A stretch of 64,000 nt of DNA, taken from contig CAVZMI010000020.1 in assembly GCA_963776275.1 (NCBI GenBank), positions 32,001-96,000 on the forward strand, in the 5' to 3' direction. The position numbers and the translations under genes are program-made. Of this stretch, positions 8,819 to 20,434 are shown piece by piece. Each line of letters opens with the position of its first letter. Positions within the stretch are counted from its first letter, which is position 1. The notes below the pieces were generated by a model. It searched no databases, was not told the origin of the DNA, and was given only the letters and a program-made list of their open reading frames with translations. This stretch comes from Ignavibacteriota bacterium (GTDB lineage: Bacteria > Bacteroidota > Ignavibacteria > UBA10030 > CAVZMI01).

Positions 8819-10451
8819 TTACATCTTTTCTGGGGCTGTTATTCCCAGAATCCCCAGCCCGTTCGCCAGCACCGTCTTTGTTGCCAGAGACAATGCCAAT
8901 CTTGCCTTCGATACCTCTTTATTCTCGGTCACCACCCGGCAATGATGATAAAATTGGTGAAACTCAGTCGCTACATCATGTAAATAATCGCATAAATGGT
9001 GAGGCTCGAGCATAACGGTACAGAGCAATATAATATTCGGGAAATCGATTAGCATTTTCATCAGTGATACCTCGGACTCGTGCTGCAGAAGCGATAAATC
9101 AGGCGAACCAGTAATATCCGCACCTTCAGATTCGGCAAACCGGAGGATACTGGCAATACGGGCGTGCGCGTACTGCAGATAATAGACGGGATTTTTATCG
9201 GATTGTTCTTTAGCAAGCTCTAAATCGAACTCCAAATGACTCGAAACGCTTCGCATAACGAGGAAATACCTTACGACATCTTTCCCAACTTCCTCTATCA
9301 AATCATCGAGCGTTACAACGTCGGCTGTCCGTTTCGACATCTTCACCTGCTCGCCGCCGCGTGTAAGCGTGACGAACTGATGAATCAGCACCCGCACTTT
9401 CGACTGATCGTATCCGAGTGCTTTAATCCCCGCCAGAACATCCGGCACTGTCGCAACGTGGTCCGATCCGAAAATATCAACGATCAGCTCGAAACCGCGC
9501 ATAAACTTATTGCGGTGGTATGCAATATCGGGCAGACGGTATGTCGGTTCGCCTGTGCTTTTTACGATCACACGGTCTTGATCGAGGCCGAGTGCCGTTG
9601 TCTTAAACCACACAGCGCCGTCGAGATCATATGCGAGCCCTCTTTTGCGGAATTCTTCAATGACTTCATTAATGGCGCCAGAAGAGTAAAGTGAATCTTC
9701 ATTGAAGAAGACATCAAACTTCACGCCGATTTTATTTAATGTCTCTTTGATTTTTTTAAAAAGAAATGTTTCGGCATATTCCTTGAAATACGTTCTATCC
9801 TCGACTCCCTTCAGGCTGTCCTTCTTCTCATTAAAAATCTTCTGTGCGATCTCTTTGATATACCCTCCCATATATCCATCTTCTGGCATGGGGAATGATT
9901 CATCAAATATCTGCATATAGCGTGCATAGACCGAATCGGCCAGCATACGCATCTGACGGCCTGCGTTATTAAAATAGTATTCACGGGTGACTCGGTACCC
10001 TGCCCATGTAAGAATGTTCGAGATCGTGTCGCCGATGGCAGCCTGCCGGCCGTGCCCGAGATGAAGCAGTCCTGTTGGATTTGCACTGACAAATTCCACC
10101 TGTGTTTTCTTGTCTTCTCCGATCCGGACATGACCATACTCCCCGCCTGCCTTAAGAATTTCATGCAGCCGGTATGAAAAAAATTTAGGTGTGAAATGAA
10201 AATTGAGAAAGCCCCGGACCGGCAATATCGATTTTATCAACGAATGAACGATCGACATCGAGTGCATTAACAATTTCCGATGCGACCTGACGTGGATTTC
10301 TCTTCAGCTGTTTGGAGAGCATCATAGCGATATTAGTCGTGAAGTCGCCGTGCTCGGGATTCTTTGGATGTTCGAAGGTAAGTGCTGCGGAGCCGAAATA
10401 CCCCAGCAACTTGAGTGCGGCCTCAAGCTTTTCGTTCAAATACTTCTTCAT
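8819..10451 (-). CDS. argS: Arginine--tRNA ligase, 1-nt frameshift near 10213 (probable sequencing error)
   Basis: HGDFTTNIAM and IAGPG in the first ORF; GFLNF, VEFVSANPTGLLHLGHGR, KMSKR and YYLQYAHARI in the second; normally an essential gene. Confidence 0.95.
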
Positions 10452-10457
10452 GAAAAC

Positions 10458-10877
10458 CTATGCTACCGCTTTTTTCCGAGGAGTTAATTTTTTCGAGCGC
10501 TGCTTTGACGCTTGTTTAGCGCCGTCATCATCGCCGACATGCTCGATGGGTGCATCGCCCCATAGACGCTCGAGGTTATAAAATCTTCTGACATCTTTAT
10601 GGAACACGTGGACGACAACATCGACAAAATCGAGCAGAATCCAGCTCCGGTTTGTGTAGCCCTCTTCGTGCCATGGACGATCACCCAGTTTTGCCATCCC
10701 TTCACTAATTGCATCGGCAACCGCCTTCACTTGAGTGTCGGAGTCGGCAGTACACACAACGAAATAATCTGTTATCGTGGTGAGCTTGCGCAGATCCATG
10801 ATAAGGACATCATACGCCTTTTTTGTCAAGGCAAGCTGAGCGACTTTCTTTGCTTCTGTTTTGGGTATCAATTGCAC
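10458..10877 (-). CDS. rsfS: Ribosome silencing factor
   Basis: KKAYDV, DYFVVCT, WILLDFVDVVVHVF, RRFYNLERLWGDA. Confidence 0.95.
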   Translation of the reverse strand: MQLIPKTEAKKVAQLALTKKAYDVLIMDLRKLTTITDYFVVCTADSDTQVKAVADAISEGMAKLGDRPWHEEGYTNRSWILLDFVDVVVHVFHKDVRRFYNLERLWGDAPIEHVGDDDGAKQASKQRSKKLTPRKKAVA

Positions 10878-10889
10878 CTCTTGAATTAG

Positions 10890-11483
10890 TTATTGAGAAA
10901 GATCCCCGCTCCGTCCAGGCGAGTCTGACTTTAGTCGGACGAGACGGGGGGCGAGCCCGCGCTGACGAAGGGGATTGAGTTGGCGATAATCTTTTCCTAC
11001 TACAACCGAAAAATCAACGAGTTCGCGATTGTTCTTCTTACGGATAATTCGTGTCGGGGAAATATTGATAGCATCGGCGATTTTCTTCGCAGCCGTCATA
11101 TCGTCGATCCAATCGATCACCATCGATCGGGTAAGTGTGGATGTTTCATAGTTACCGATCTCCACGACATCATATCCCAGTGAACGCAAATGATCAGTTA
11201 CTTTCATGGCGATACCCGGTGCACTGCATCCATTCAATACACTTATCTGAATTCGGCGTCCGGTATCATTGACGCCGAGACGGTCCGGTGCAGACCCGTT
11301 GGAAAACCACGAGAGAATACGTCCGTTAAAAATATAGAAAAGGAGAGCGCTCGCCGCGAGAATCACTCCGAGGATTCGTAAAGTCCGCTTCGCTGGAATA
11401 AGTAGCGTCCATTGTCCGCGCCGGTGGTGCGAGCTTTCTCTTGCAGAGGCTGATGATGCTGTTGTTCGTTCGTTCGAGGCCAA
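10890..11483 (-). CDS. LytR C-terminal domain membrane protein
   Basis: One TM helix, then IQISVLNGCSAPGIA...GYDVVEIGNY...FSVVVGKDY; TTG start at 11483 with AAGGGG upstream. Confidence 0.78.
   Translation of the reverse strand: MASNERTTASSASARESSHHRRGQWTLLIPAKRTLRILGVILAASALLFYIFNGRILSWFSNGSAPDRLGVNDTGRRIQISVLNGCSAPGIAMKVTDHLRSLGYDVVEIGNYETSTLTRSMVIDWIDDMTAAKKIADAINISPTRIIRKKNNRELVDFSVVVGKDYRQLNPLRQRGLAPRLVRLKSDSPGRSGDLSQ
10911..10947. repeat. REP-like palindrome inside the 3' end of the LytR_C gene
   Basis: CCGTC...GTCTGACT-TT-AGTCGGAC...GACGG. Confidence 0.5.
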
Positions 11484-11562
11484 ATTTTCCCGGGTGATCC
11501 CCCTTATAAAAAAATTAACCGAGCACGTCCCCCAGCAATCTGTCCACCGTCCTCCCCTCCGG

Positions 11563-11610
11563 CTTGTCCGCCGAATCCCCACCCCGACAAAGTCGGGGGA
11601 AGTAGGCGGA
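11563..11610. repeat. REP-like nested palindrome
   Basis: TCCGCC...GGCGGA arms enclosing CCCCGAC-AAA-GTCGGGG. Confidence 0.6.
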
Positions 11611-11694
11611 AACAAAACGAAGGCGGAAACGTTGATGAAGACAGAAACTGGGACTGTAACCCGGTTTAGACATCAACAGGAATTTTGTTTAAAA

Positions 11695-12198
11695 TTAATA
11701 TTCGTCTCCAAAAAGCGGATTGTAAAAACGAGATCGATATCCTCCATAAAAACCGCTATGATACCCATAGGGATTTTGATTGAACTGAACCTGAATGTGG
11801 AAGTCGTCCCACGGTGTATAGTTAATCTGGGCCCGATTCAGAATGAGTCCGCTGAATTGATTTTTTAATCCCTGGGGCATCGAGCCGTAGGGTGACATCA
11901 TCAAACTGATATCTGCCTGCACATTCAGTCTGTCCGAAAATTTATAACTCATGCTGTTGGTGTACATATTGACACCCAGCGTCTGATTCCCCATACTCAT
12001 GTACGACATCGTGATGCTGTGTTGCATCTGAAAATTTTCCGGATTGAACCAACCGAAGAGATCGAACGAGCTGTAATCATTCCGGAGTATCGATCCGGAC
12101 ACGCTCGGATGTTCCTGGTTGACCTGGGATTTAAATTGCGCATGCGCAACACCACAAAACAGCCCTGCTAACGCTACAAGCATCGCATACCGTTTCAT
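11695..12198 (-). CDS. Hypothetical secreted protein
   Basis: Signal peptide MKRYAMLVALAGLFCGVAHA/Q; RBS GGAG. Confidence 0.75.
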   Translation of the reverse strand: MKRYAMLVALAGLFCGVAHAQFKSQVNQEHPSVSGSILRNDYSSFDLFGWFNPENFQMQHSITMSYMSMGNQTLGVNMYTNSMSYKFSDRLNVQADISLMMSPYGSMPQGLKNQFSGLILNRAQINYTPWDDFHIQVQFNQNPYGYHSGFYGGYRSRFYNPLFGDEY

Positions 12199-12384
12199 TC
12201 TTCACTCCCTTACTCTACGGTGATGATACAGAAATTCACTTTGAATGTCAAGTCTCCGTTATCAACCTTATAAGTTTTCCTTGAAGACACGCATCCATTT
12301 CCCCTTAGACGAACCGGAGGTAAAAAAGTATTAATCTGGCACTCAAAGAGCCACTTTCTCCATTCACCATACATCACTCTCAAT

Positions 12385-13152
12385 TCACAATATCGCCTGT
12401 TTCCGGGCATTAAAAAACTGCTGGGCTTCTTCGAGCTGCTCAAATGTATTCACCCCCAGAATTTCATTAAAATCGCCGGTTTTCATAGCCGCCACTTTGA
12501 GTCCGGAAGTCCAAAAATATTTAAACACATCTGTCAAATAATACTCGTTTTGTGCATTATGTGGTGAAATATGTTTCAATGCATCGAAAAGGACAGAGCG
12601 CTGAAAAATATAAATCCCCGAATTGATTTCACGAATTTTTTTTGTTTCCTCATCTGCATCCCGCTCCTCGACTATACCCTCGACCAATCCTTTTTCCGAA
12701 CGGACAATCCGACCATAACTTTTCGGATCGTCGATATCTGCAGTGAGAATTGTAGCGACAGCCCGTTCACGCCGATGGTACTCCTGCAGCCGCTCGATTG
12801 TTGCTTGTGTCAACAGAGGAGCATCTCCCGATAGAACTATCACGTCGCCTGAAAAGTTACGCAGAGCACTTTCGGTTTGCATCACCGCATGCCCGGTCCC
12901 CAATTGATCCCTTTGCTCGGCAAATTCTACCCGGCCTGGAAAAGTCTTCTGTAAATATTCAACGACGGTCTTGTACTGATATCCAACCACAACGATTGTT
13001 CTGGCGCTCTTTAGTCTGAGGGCAAGTTCGACAACATGTCCGATCAACGGCTTTCCATCAACCTCATACATGACCTTCGCCTTCTCCGGATTTTTCATCC
13101 GGGTTCCCTTCCCCGCGGCCATAATCACGACTGCTACCCGATGCGAATCCAC
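12385..13152 (-). CDS. GlmU-like nucleotidyltransferase (uridyltransferase domain only)
   Basis: MAAGKGTRMK, QLGTGHAV, LSGDAPL, YGRIVR, EINSGIY, EYYLTD; no hexapeptide acetyltransferase domain. Confidence 0.88.
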   Translation of the reverse strand: MDSHRVAVVIMAAGKGTRMKNPEKAKVMYEVDGKPLIGHVVELALRLKSARTIVVVGYQYKTVVEYLQKTFPGRVEFAEQRDQLGTGHAVMQTESALRNFSGDVIVLSGDAPLLTQATIERLQEYHRRERAVATILTADIDDPKSYGRIVRSEKGLVEGIVEERDADEETKKIREINSGIYIFQRSVLFDALKHISPHNAQNEYYLTDVFKYFWTSGLKVAAMKTGDFNEILGVNTFEQLEEAQQFFNARKQAIL

Positions 13153-13536
13153 CTATTCCAGTGTCTCCATGGAATGTCCGTGAACGAGTTCTTTAATTGC
13201 ATTCTTTTTATCTACAAGCACAACGACCGGACGATGCTGCTGGGCTTCGATCTCCGGATATCCGGCAAATGTCATGATAATAATTTCATCACCGACCGTT
13301 CCGAGCCGTGCAGCTGCTCCGTTCAAACCGATTACATGAGATCCGCGTTTTGCTTCGATTACATAGGTTTCAAACCGCTGACCGTTATTCAGGTTTACTA
13401 CCTGTACTTTTTCGTACGGAAGAATATCGGCAGCTTCCATCAACTCGGCATCAATGCTCAAGCTTCCTTCATAGTATAGATCCGCTTGTGTCACAGTTGC
13501 GCGATGAATCTTCGATTTACACATAGAACGTACCAC
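13153..13536 (-). CDS. panD: Aspartate 1-decarboxylase
   Basis: [14 protein letters not shown] cleavage site, [17 protein letters not shown]. Confidence 0.97.
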   Translation of the reverse strand: MVRSMCKSKIHRATVTQADLYYEGSLSIDAELMEAADILPYEKVQVVNLNNGQRFETYVIEAKRGSHVIGLNGAAARLGTVGDEIIIMTFAGYPEIEAQQHRPVVVLVDKKNAIKELVHGHSMETLE

Positions 13537-13550
13537 TGAATTGACTCCTT

Positions 13551-14405
13551 CTATGAAATGTGAATAAGGGTATTATCAATTAATCGTGTCGTACCAAAAC
13601 GAACAGCCAATGCGATTATATAGTTTCCCCCTTTTTCGAGCCGTGAAATTCCTTCAAGTCTATCATCCTCGGCTATTGTAATATAATCAATCTTCGCCAG
13701 CGGAGCCAGAGTGATGATCTCTTCCATATCCCGGCGGATAAGTACTGTATCGCGTTCTCCATCGCGGATCATCTGCTCGGCTCGATCAAGAGATTTCCGG
13801 AGAAGCGGAGCCTGGTTCCGTTCCTCAAAATTCAAATAGACGTTCCGCGAGCTCATCGCGAGTCCATCGGCTTCACGGATGATCGGTGTGATTACCATCC
13901 GAACATCCAGCGCCAGATCGTTTACCATCTGTCTGAGAATAATCGCCTGCTGGATGTCTTTCTGTCCGAATACGGCAACATGCGGTTTGACAATATTGAA
14001 CAGTTTCAGGACTACCGTTGCCACGCCACGAAAGTGTGTCGGACGAATTTTCCCCTCCCACACCGCCGATAGCTGTTCCACCTGCACAAAAGTCCGAAAT
14101 CCATTTGGATACATTTCATTGACTGCTGGAACAAACAGTATATCGATACCTGCACCCTCTGCCAGCGATGTGTCGTGCACAATGTCTCGTGGATAACGTT
14201 CAAAATCTTCCGCCGGACCAAATTGCGTTGGGTTGACGAATATTGACATTATGATAATGTCGGCCTGTTTCTGCGCCGCACGAACCAGACTCAGGTGCCC
14301 TTCATGCAGATATCCCATTGTTGGCACAAAACCGATCCGCTTTCCCGAGAGGCGGATGCGTTCGGCTTCGGATTGCATGTCAACTATTGTAGTGATGGTT
14401 CGCAT
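13551..14405 (-). CDS. panC: Pantoate--beta-alanine ligase
   Basis: [37 protein letters not shown]. Confidence 0.97.
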   Translation of the reverse strand: MRTITTIVDMQSEAERIRLSGKRIGFVPTMGYLHEGHLSLVRAAQKQADIIIMSIFVNPTQFGPAEDFERYPRDIVHDTSLAEGAGIDILFVPAVNEMYPNGFRTFVQVEQLSAVWEGKIRPTHFRGVATVVLKLFNIVKPHVAVFGQKDIQQAIILRQMVNDLALDVRMVITPIIREADGLAMSSRNVYLNFEERNQAPLLRKSLDRAEQMIRDGERDTVLIRRDMEEIITLAPLAKIDYITIAEDDRLEGISRLEKGGNYIIALAVRFGTTRLIDNTLIHIS

Positions 14406-14564
14406 ACGTGTACGGAGTTATTTTAAAAAAATCACTAAAGCCCCCTCTACTCTGCGTCCTCTGTACTCGGGAACCACTGTGAAGTTCTCCGTGGTTATAT
14501 TTTATCACCGATTAAATGGAGGGATACTAAGAATCCACGACGGATACAGAGTAGAATATTCTAT

Positions 14565-15407
14565 CTATCCGATCATGAGGGATATCAGCTGAGAGACTTT
14601 TTCTTTCATGTCACGACGGTGAACAATCATATCGAGGAATCCGTGTTCAAGGAGAAACTCCGAACGTTGAAATCCTTTTGGCAGATCTTTCCCTATTGTC
14701 TGACGAATCACTCGTGGTCCGGCAAACCCGATGAGCGCGCCAGGTTCGGCTATATTCACATCACCAAGCATCGAATAACTCGCCGTGACACCACCGGTCG
14801 TCGGATCGGTCATGATCGAAATAAAGGGGATGCGTGCTTCCGCCAATCGTGCGAGACGCGAGCTCGTTTTCGCCATTTGCATCAGCGAATACGCCCCCTC
14901 CATCATTCGTGCCCCACCTGAGGACGATACGATAACGAGCGGGACTTTTGTCTTCCATGATTTATCTATTGCACGCGCCACTTTTTCACCGACAACGGAT
15001 CCCATGCTGCCGCCAATAAATCCGAAATCCATCGCACCAAAAACGACTGCCTGGCCGTTAATTTTCCCGGTTCCGGTGCGGATGGCGTCCATCATTCCCG
15101 ATTTATTAATTGTATCCGTAATGCGATCCTTATATCGTTTCGTATCGGAAAAATCCAGAGGATCGTTCGAACGCATCTTTTTATCCATTTCTTTGAACGA
15201 TCCTTTATCAAGCAGTACGGCAATGTATTCCTCACTCCCGATACGGAAATGGTAGTTGCATTTAACGCAGGTGTGGAAATTCTCTTCCAGCTGCTTCCGA
15301 TGGATCATCTCGCCGCAACCATCGCACTTCGTCCACATTCCATCGGGAATGTCTTTTTTAATACTGTCGGCGGAGATGTTTTCTTTTGAACGTCTGAACC
15401 AGGCCAT
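14565..15407 (-). CDS. accD: Acetyl-CoA carboxylase carboxyltransferase beta subunit
   Basis: WTKCDGC zinc finger, [37 protein letters not shown]. Confidence 0.97.
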   Translation of the reverse strand: MAWFRRSKENISADSIKKDIPDGMWTKCDGCGEMIHRKQLEENFHTCVKCNYHFRIGSEEYIAVLLDKGSFKEMDKKMRSNDPLDFSDTKRYKDRITDTINKSGMMDAIRTGTGKINGQAVVFGAMDFGFIGGSMGSVVGEKVARAIDKSWKTKVPLVIVSSSGGARMMEGAYSLMQMAKTSSRLARLAEARIPFISIMTDPTTGGVTASYSMLGDVNIAEPGALIGFAGPRVIRQTIGKDLPKGFQRSEFLLEHGFLDMIVHRRDMKEKVSQLISLMIG

Positions 15408-15422
15408 CGTTATGTTCCTTTT

Positions 15423-16115
15423 TTACACCCCGGAACTCTCCCGGGGGATGAATTCACGAAGATACTTGGGTTCGAGAGATGAACGATCCGCTCTTTCACC
15501 AGCGTTATACCGTTGGACTCCGAGGGTAACAATCGATGCGGGACTGCATCGTGAATACTCAGCGTACCAACGACGTTTCAGCTCTTCTTGTTCGAACGCC
15601 ATATTCTGAGCATCACCGACAAGCATAACATCCAGATGATCCTTTGCCCATCGGGTTATTCCCTCATACGGTCCGATCACCGCCGGTTTGATCTCTTCAG
15701 GCCATAGATCCTGAGTCATCCGGTATACTGCACAATATGCCTCATCACGATGTGCATCAAGCAAAGAAAGAACGCTGGCACCTGAAAGGGCGCTCCCCCC
15801 CCGGGAAATATTATAGGCAAGCGCCTGAAGAGTCGGCACGGGGATTAAGGGAATATCCGCCGCAAATGAGAGCCCTTTTGCCACACTGAGTCCGATTCGC
15901 AAGCCTGTAAACGATCCTGGTCCGATAGAAACTGCAATAACATCAAACTGATTGACACGCACGTCCGCTTGTTTCATAACTTCTTCGATTAGCGGTACCA
16001 ACTGTTCCGAATGAATATTCGGTATATCAAGCACACGTTCGATCGGTGCTGTTCCCTCGCGAAGCAGCGCTACACCGCAAATAGTCGTTGCAGTCTCAAT
16101 GCCGAGTGCAATCAT
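15423..16115 (-). CDS. tsaB: tRNA t6A biosynthesis protein TsaB
   Basis: LGIETAT, GPGSFTGLRIG, LEPKYLR. Confidence 0.93.
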   Translation of the reverse strand: MIALGIETATTICGVALLREGTAPIERVLDIPNIHSEQLVPLIEEVMKQADVRVNQFDVIAVSIGPGSFTGLRIGLSVAKGLSFAADIPLIPVPTLQALAYNISRGGSALSGASVLSLLDAHRDEAYCAVYRMTQDLWPEEIKPAVIGPYEGITRWAKDHLDVMLVGDAQNMAFEQEELKRRWYAEYSRCSPASIVTLGVQRYNAGERADRSSLEPKYLREFIPRESSGV

Positions 16116-16546
16116 CCGGTACTTTGCTCCAGATGTATTTCACGCCGATCGATTCCTTTTACGACGCGAAAAGTGACTGAATATCGATCGAGGGGAAGAA
16201 GCCGTTCTGCTTTTTCAGCCCATTCTATCAGACTTACCCCTTCATCGTCAAGATATTCTTCAATGCCGAGCGCGCGTAATTCTTTAAAAGAACTAATTCG
16301 ATACAGATCAATATGAAAAACCGGAATTCCCGAGTGCTGCCGGTACTCATTGATCAGAGTGAATGTCGGACTCGTCACATGCTCCTTCGCACCGAGACCG
16401 GCACATACACCCTTAACAAATTGTGTTTTCCCGCTACCAAGTTCACCGTAGAGGGCGACAACATCTCCGGGTTCGAGATCGATAGAAAATTTTCGACCAA
16501 GCGCTATTGTTTCTTCCTCACTCGATGTCATAACAATCTCGTTCAT
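16112..16546 (-). CDS. tsaE: tRNA t6A ATPase TsaE
   Basis: GELGSGKT, VTSPTFTLINEY, HIDLYRI, LIEW. Confidence 0.95.
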   Translation of the reverse strand: MNEIVMTSSEEETIALGRKFSIDLEPGDVVALYGELGSGKTQFVKGVCAGLGAKEHVTSPTFTLINEYRQHSGIPVFHIDLYRISSFKELRALGIEEYLDDEGVSLIEWAEKAERLLPLDRYSVTFRVVKGIDRREIHLEQSTG

Positions 16547-16550
16547 CTCG

Positions 16551-18119
16551 TTACCTGGGTTCCATCCAAACAACCGGCAGTATCATTTCTTCCATCGATA
16601 TCCCGCCGTGCTGAAAGCTGTCCATATACTGAGTCAGATGTTTATGATACTCCGTGGGATACACAAAGAAATAATCTTCTTTCGCAATAACATAGTTTGT
16701 TGTTACAGCACGCTGGGGTAGTCGGAACTCCTTTGGATTTTTTATAAAGAGTGCTCCTTTTTCCTCAACTTTGAGATTTCGTCCAAATTTATATCGCAGA
16801 CTTGTCGATGCATCCCTGTCACCAATGACTTTTGTGCCGTGGAGGCTTCGGACACTTCCATGATCGGTTGTCAGGACAATCCGAACATTCTCCTTCTGGG
16901 AAAGGGTTTTCAGCATCCCCAGAAGCGATGAGTGCATAAACCACGATCGGGTAAGCGAGCGATAGGCCGGTTCGTCGGGCGCAATCTCTTTTAAAATTTC
17001 CGAATCAGATCGGCCGTGGGCAAGCATGTCAATAAAGTTGACAACGATCAGTGTCAACGGATTCCGTGTATACGAAAGAATATTATTCTCGATGCTACGT
17101 CCATATTCGGCATCGAGGATCTTAACATATTTTGCTTCGGGTTTTAAAAAGATTCGTTTTCTTTCAAGGAGCTTCTCGAAAAGTTGATGCTCATATCGAT
17201 TAAAACTATTTTCATCCTCATCCCCGTCGGATGTCCAGTACTCGCTGTACCGTTGTTGGATATCAAGCGGAAAAAGACCGCTGAAGATTGCATTACGGGC
17301 GTATGGAGTCGCCGTTGGCAGGATGGAGAAGTAATACTCCTTGTTTATCGTGTACCATTCCCGTAAGACTTCTTCCATGATCATCCATTGATCAAGCCTG
17401 AGACAATCGATTACGAAAAAAAAGATCGATTTACCGGTATTGAGCTTTGGAAGAAGAAACCGTTCTGCGATATTGACGGATAAAGGAGGGCTTGTTTCTG
17501 GTTTTTCGAGCCAGTTTTGGTAATTTCGCTCTATAAATCTGGCAAATTCTACGTTACAGTCGCGTTTCTGATTGTAAAGCAACTGGTAAAGTCCTAACTC
17601 AGGATGTTTATCGAGTTCAAGCTCCCAGTTCGTCATTCTCACATGTAGATCGATCCACTCCTGATGAGTAAGCGGGTTCATCAATGCCAGCGATATCTGT
17701 CTGAATTCCTCTGTATAATCTTTCGAGACATATTCTCCAGTAATTTTTTTCCCCTCAAGAATTTTCTTACACGTCAACAGTACCTGACTCGGATTGACCG
17801 GTTTTGTGAGATAATCGCTGATTTTCCCGCCTATTGCATCTTCCATCAGAGATTCTTCTTCATTTTTTGTAATCATAACAACTGGAAGTCCGGGAAAAGC
17901 AGATTTAATCTCTGATAAAGTCTGCAATCCCCCTTTCCCAGGCATCATCTCATCCAGAAGAATGAGTTCGAATCCGCCCTTATTAACCAGTGCAATCGCG
18001 TCGTCTCCATTTGTCGCCGTTTCAACCTCAAACCCTCTTTGTTCCAGAAAGAGAATATGTGGATGAAGAAGCTCGATTTCATCGTCAACCCAGAGTATTT
18101 TACCTTTATTTTCTTCCAT
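16551..18119 (-). CDS. porX: T9SS response regulator PorX (REC + PglZ domain)
   Basis: WVDDEIELL, LLDEMMPG, ITKNEEE, ILPTATPYARNAIFSG, TTDHG, FQHGGISMEEM; upstream of tsaE as in Bacteroidota. Confidence 0.9.
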   Translation of the reverse strand: MEENKGKILWVDDEIELLHPHILFLEQRGFEVETATNGDDAIALVNKGGFELILLDEMMPGKGGLQTLSEIKSAFPGLPVVMITKNEEESLMEDAIGGKISDYLTKPVNPSQVLLTCKKILEGKKITGEYVSKDYTEEFRQISLALMNPLTHQEWIDLHVRMTNWELELDKHPELGLYQLLYNQKRDCNVEFARFIERNYQNWLEKPETSPPLSVNIAERFLLPKLNTGKSIFFFVIDCLRLDQWMIMEEVLREWYTINKEYYFSILPTATPYARNAIFSGLFPLDIQQRYSEYWTSDGDEDENSFNRYEHQLFEKLLERKRIFLKPEAKYVKILDAEYGRSIENNILSYTRNPLTLIVVNFIDMLAHGRSDSEILKEIAPDEPAYRSLTRSWFMHSSLLGMLKTLSQKENVRIVLTTDHGSVRSLHGTKVIGDRDASTSLRYKFGRNLKVEEKGALFIKNPKEFRLPQRAVTTNYVIAKEDYFFVYPTEYHKHLTQYMDSFQHGGISMEEMILPVVWMEPR

Positions 18120-18303
18120 TTCTTCGTCTTATCGATTTTAAAGCATGTTAACATAACCAATTCCCGTATAAGAAGCAACCGACAGAAGTCGGCATCTTGC
18201 AATTGCATCGGAAAAAACGTATAATTTTAACATGTCTCGTCAAATACAGCATCAAATCCTACCTGCAAACCACGGTACAATATATCCTATTAAATAAAAC
18301 TCT

Positions 18304-20415
18304 ATGAATATTCAGGAAACGATCTCGGCTTTATCAAAATTAGCGTACAATCTTTGGTGAGCCTGGAATCCTGAAGCACAGAAGATATTCGAAGTGCTTT
18401 CTCCATATCTATGGGAACGAACAAATCATAATGCGGTCGCCGTGCTGAAAAGCATTTCACCTCAGGAATTGCAGGCCCGATTATACGAACCCGATTTTAC
18501 AATACGTGTCGACACGATATTGAATGAATTTGCCAAATATATGCAGAAAACGAAAAACTGGTGCACGGATATGGAAGGTCAGAATTCGCATCAGCCTGTA
18601 GCTTATTTCAGTGCGGAATTTGGATTACACGAATCACTGCCGATTTATTCGGGCGGACTCGGTATCCTTGCCGGCGATTTTGCCAAATCGGCCAGTGATC
18701 TTGGAATCCCATTTGTTGGAATCAGTCTGTTTTATCGATATGGATATTTCCAGCAGCGGATTGGTCCGGACGGCTGGCAGCAGGAAGATTATGCGGCTGC
18801 AGATCCGATGCTATTACCTCTGGAGCTGGTCACTGATCCCAAGGGTTCTACATTGGTCTGCAATGTGGAAATCAATCATGCGACGATTGCTTTCCATGCC
18901 TGGCGTCTCAATGTAGGACGGGCAGTGATTTATCTCCTTGATACAAACCGGCCGGAAAATGAAGAACGATTCCGCGATATCACAGCACGTGTGTACGGCG
19001 GCGATGCCACCATCCGCATCTCGCAGGAAATCGTTTTGGGAATCGGGGGAATACGATTACTACGAGCAATAGGTGTCACACCCTCAATTTACCATTTAAA
19101 TGAAGGACATTCCGCATTCCTGACACTCGAACTACTGCGCGAAAAACTTGCCTCTGGAAACACAATCGGGGATGCCGAGACGCATGTGCGCAAAAGAACG
19201 CTCTTTACGACACATACTGCCGTTTCAGCAGGTCACGATCGATTTTCTCCTTCGTTATTGGAATATATGTTTGAACGTTTTTCCCGAACCATACCAATCT
19301 CAATGCATCAGCTCCTGGGATATGGCCGGGCAAATCCGGATGACCAGAATGAAGGATTCTGCATGACCATTCTTGCACTAAAAATGTGCTCGAATGCAAA
19401 CGGCGTAAGTAAACTTCACGGCGCAGTTAGTCGTGAAATGTGGAGACATCTCTATTCTAACATGACGGCCGAGCAAATCCCGATCATTCACGTCACAAAT
19501 GGTATTCATACGGGTGGTTGGGCTTCGGAAAAAGCTCATGAGTTCTGGAACAAACGACTGGGATTCGATTGGACCGCACGATTGATGGAACCCGAGTACT
19601 GGAAACAGCTTTATGATGAGAAATATGCTAACGACGGTGAATTATGGGCACTCCGATATGCACTCCGCCGTGAACTTATTGAATTTACACGCTATCGTCT
19701 TCGCCGTCAACATCTCAGACACGGGAGCGACCGGATTACAATGTACGATTCGATACTCTGTCCCGATACGCTTACGATCTGTTTTGCTCGTCGGTTTGCC
19801 ACGTACAAACGGGCTCCTTTACTCTTTCGGAACCTGGATCGCATAATTGCAATCATTACCGATTCTCGTCAACCGGTTCAGGTAATCTTTGCAGGGAAAG
19901 CACATCCCCGTGACGATGATGGAAAAAGATTTCTCAAATATATTATTGAGATGACTCGCCATCCTCAGTTGTTCGGGAAAGTTGTTTTTATCGAAGACTA
20001 TGATATTAATGTCGCCCGATATATGGTGGCCGGAGCCGATGTATGGTTGAATACTCCGAGGCGTCCGCTTGAAGCCAGCGGTACCAGTGGAATGAAAATT
20101 GGAATTCATGGAGGTCTTCATGTGAGTACCATGGATGGATGGTGGCGGGAAGGATTCGATGGATCAAACGGATGGGCAATAGGGAATGATGCCACATCCG
20201 ATAATCCCGATCAACAGGATGCGCTCGATGCAAGTTCGTTGATCACGCTGCTTGAACAGGAGATCGTCCCGCTATTTTACCAGCGCAATGACGACGGAAT
20301 TCCTCACGGGTGGATCCAGCGCATTCGACATGCCATGGGGACTTTGATTTCGGTGTACAGCTCCGACAGAATGGTTGTAGAGTATGGACGACGACTTTAT
20401 TGCCACATGAAATAA
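18304..20415 (+). CDS. glgP: Alpha-glucan (glycogen) phosphorylase; in-frame TGA at 18358-18360 (probable sequencing error)
   Basis: LAYNLW*AWN matches the conserved NLWW(S/T)W; YFSAEFG, YSGGLGILAGD, HLNEGH, ARRFATYKRA, EASGTSGMK. Confidence 0.93.
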
Positions 20416-20434
20416 TAAGGCGAAGGATGGATCA

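Noticed and set aside
8819-10451. Real pseudogenes or programmed frameshifts in argS, mqnD, PGM and others
   Set aside because: Housekeeping genes with otherwise intact motifs; single-base errors at GGWCC or homopolymers
16551-18119. BREX system suggested by the PglZ domain
   Set aside because: REC-PglZ next to tsaE is the housekeeping PorX; no other brx genes
18358-18360. Stop-codon recoding (TGA read as Trp or Sec) in glgP
   Set aside because: TGA ends many genes normally in this window; a local miscall at a GGACC site explains it
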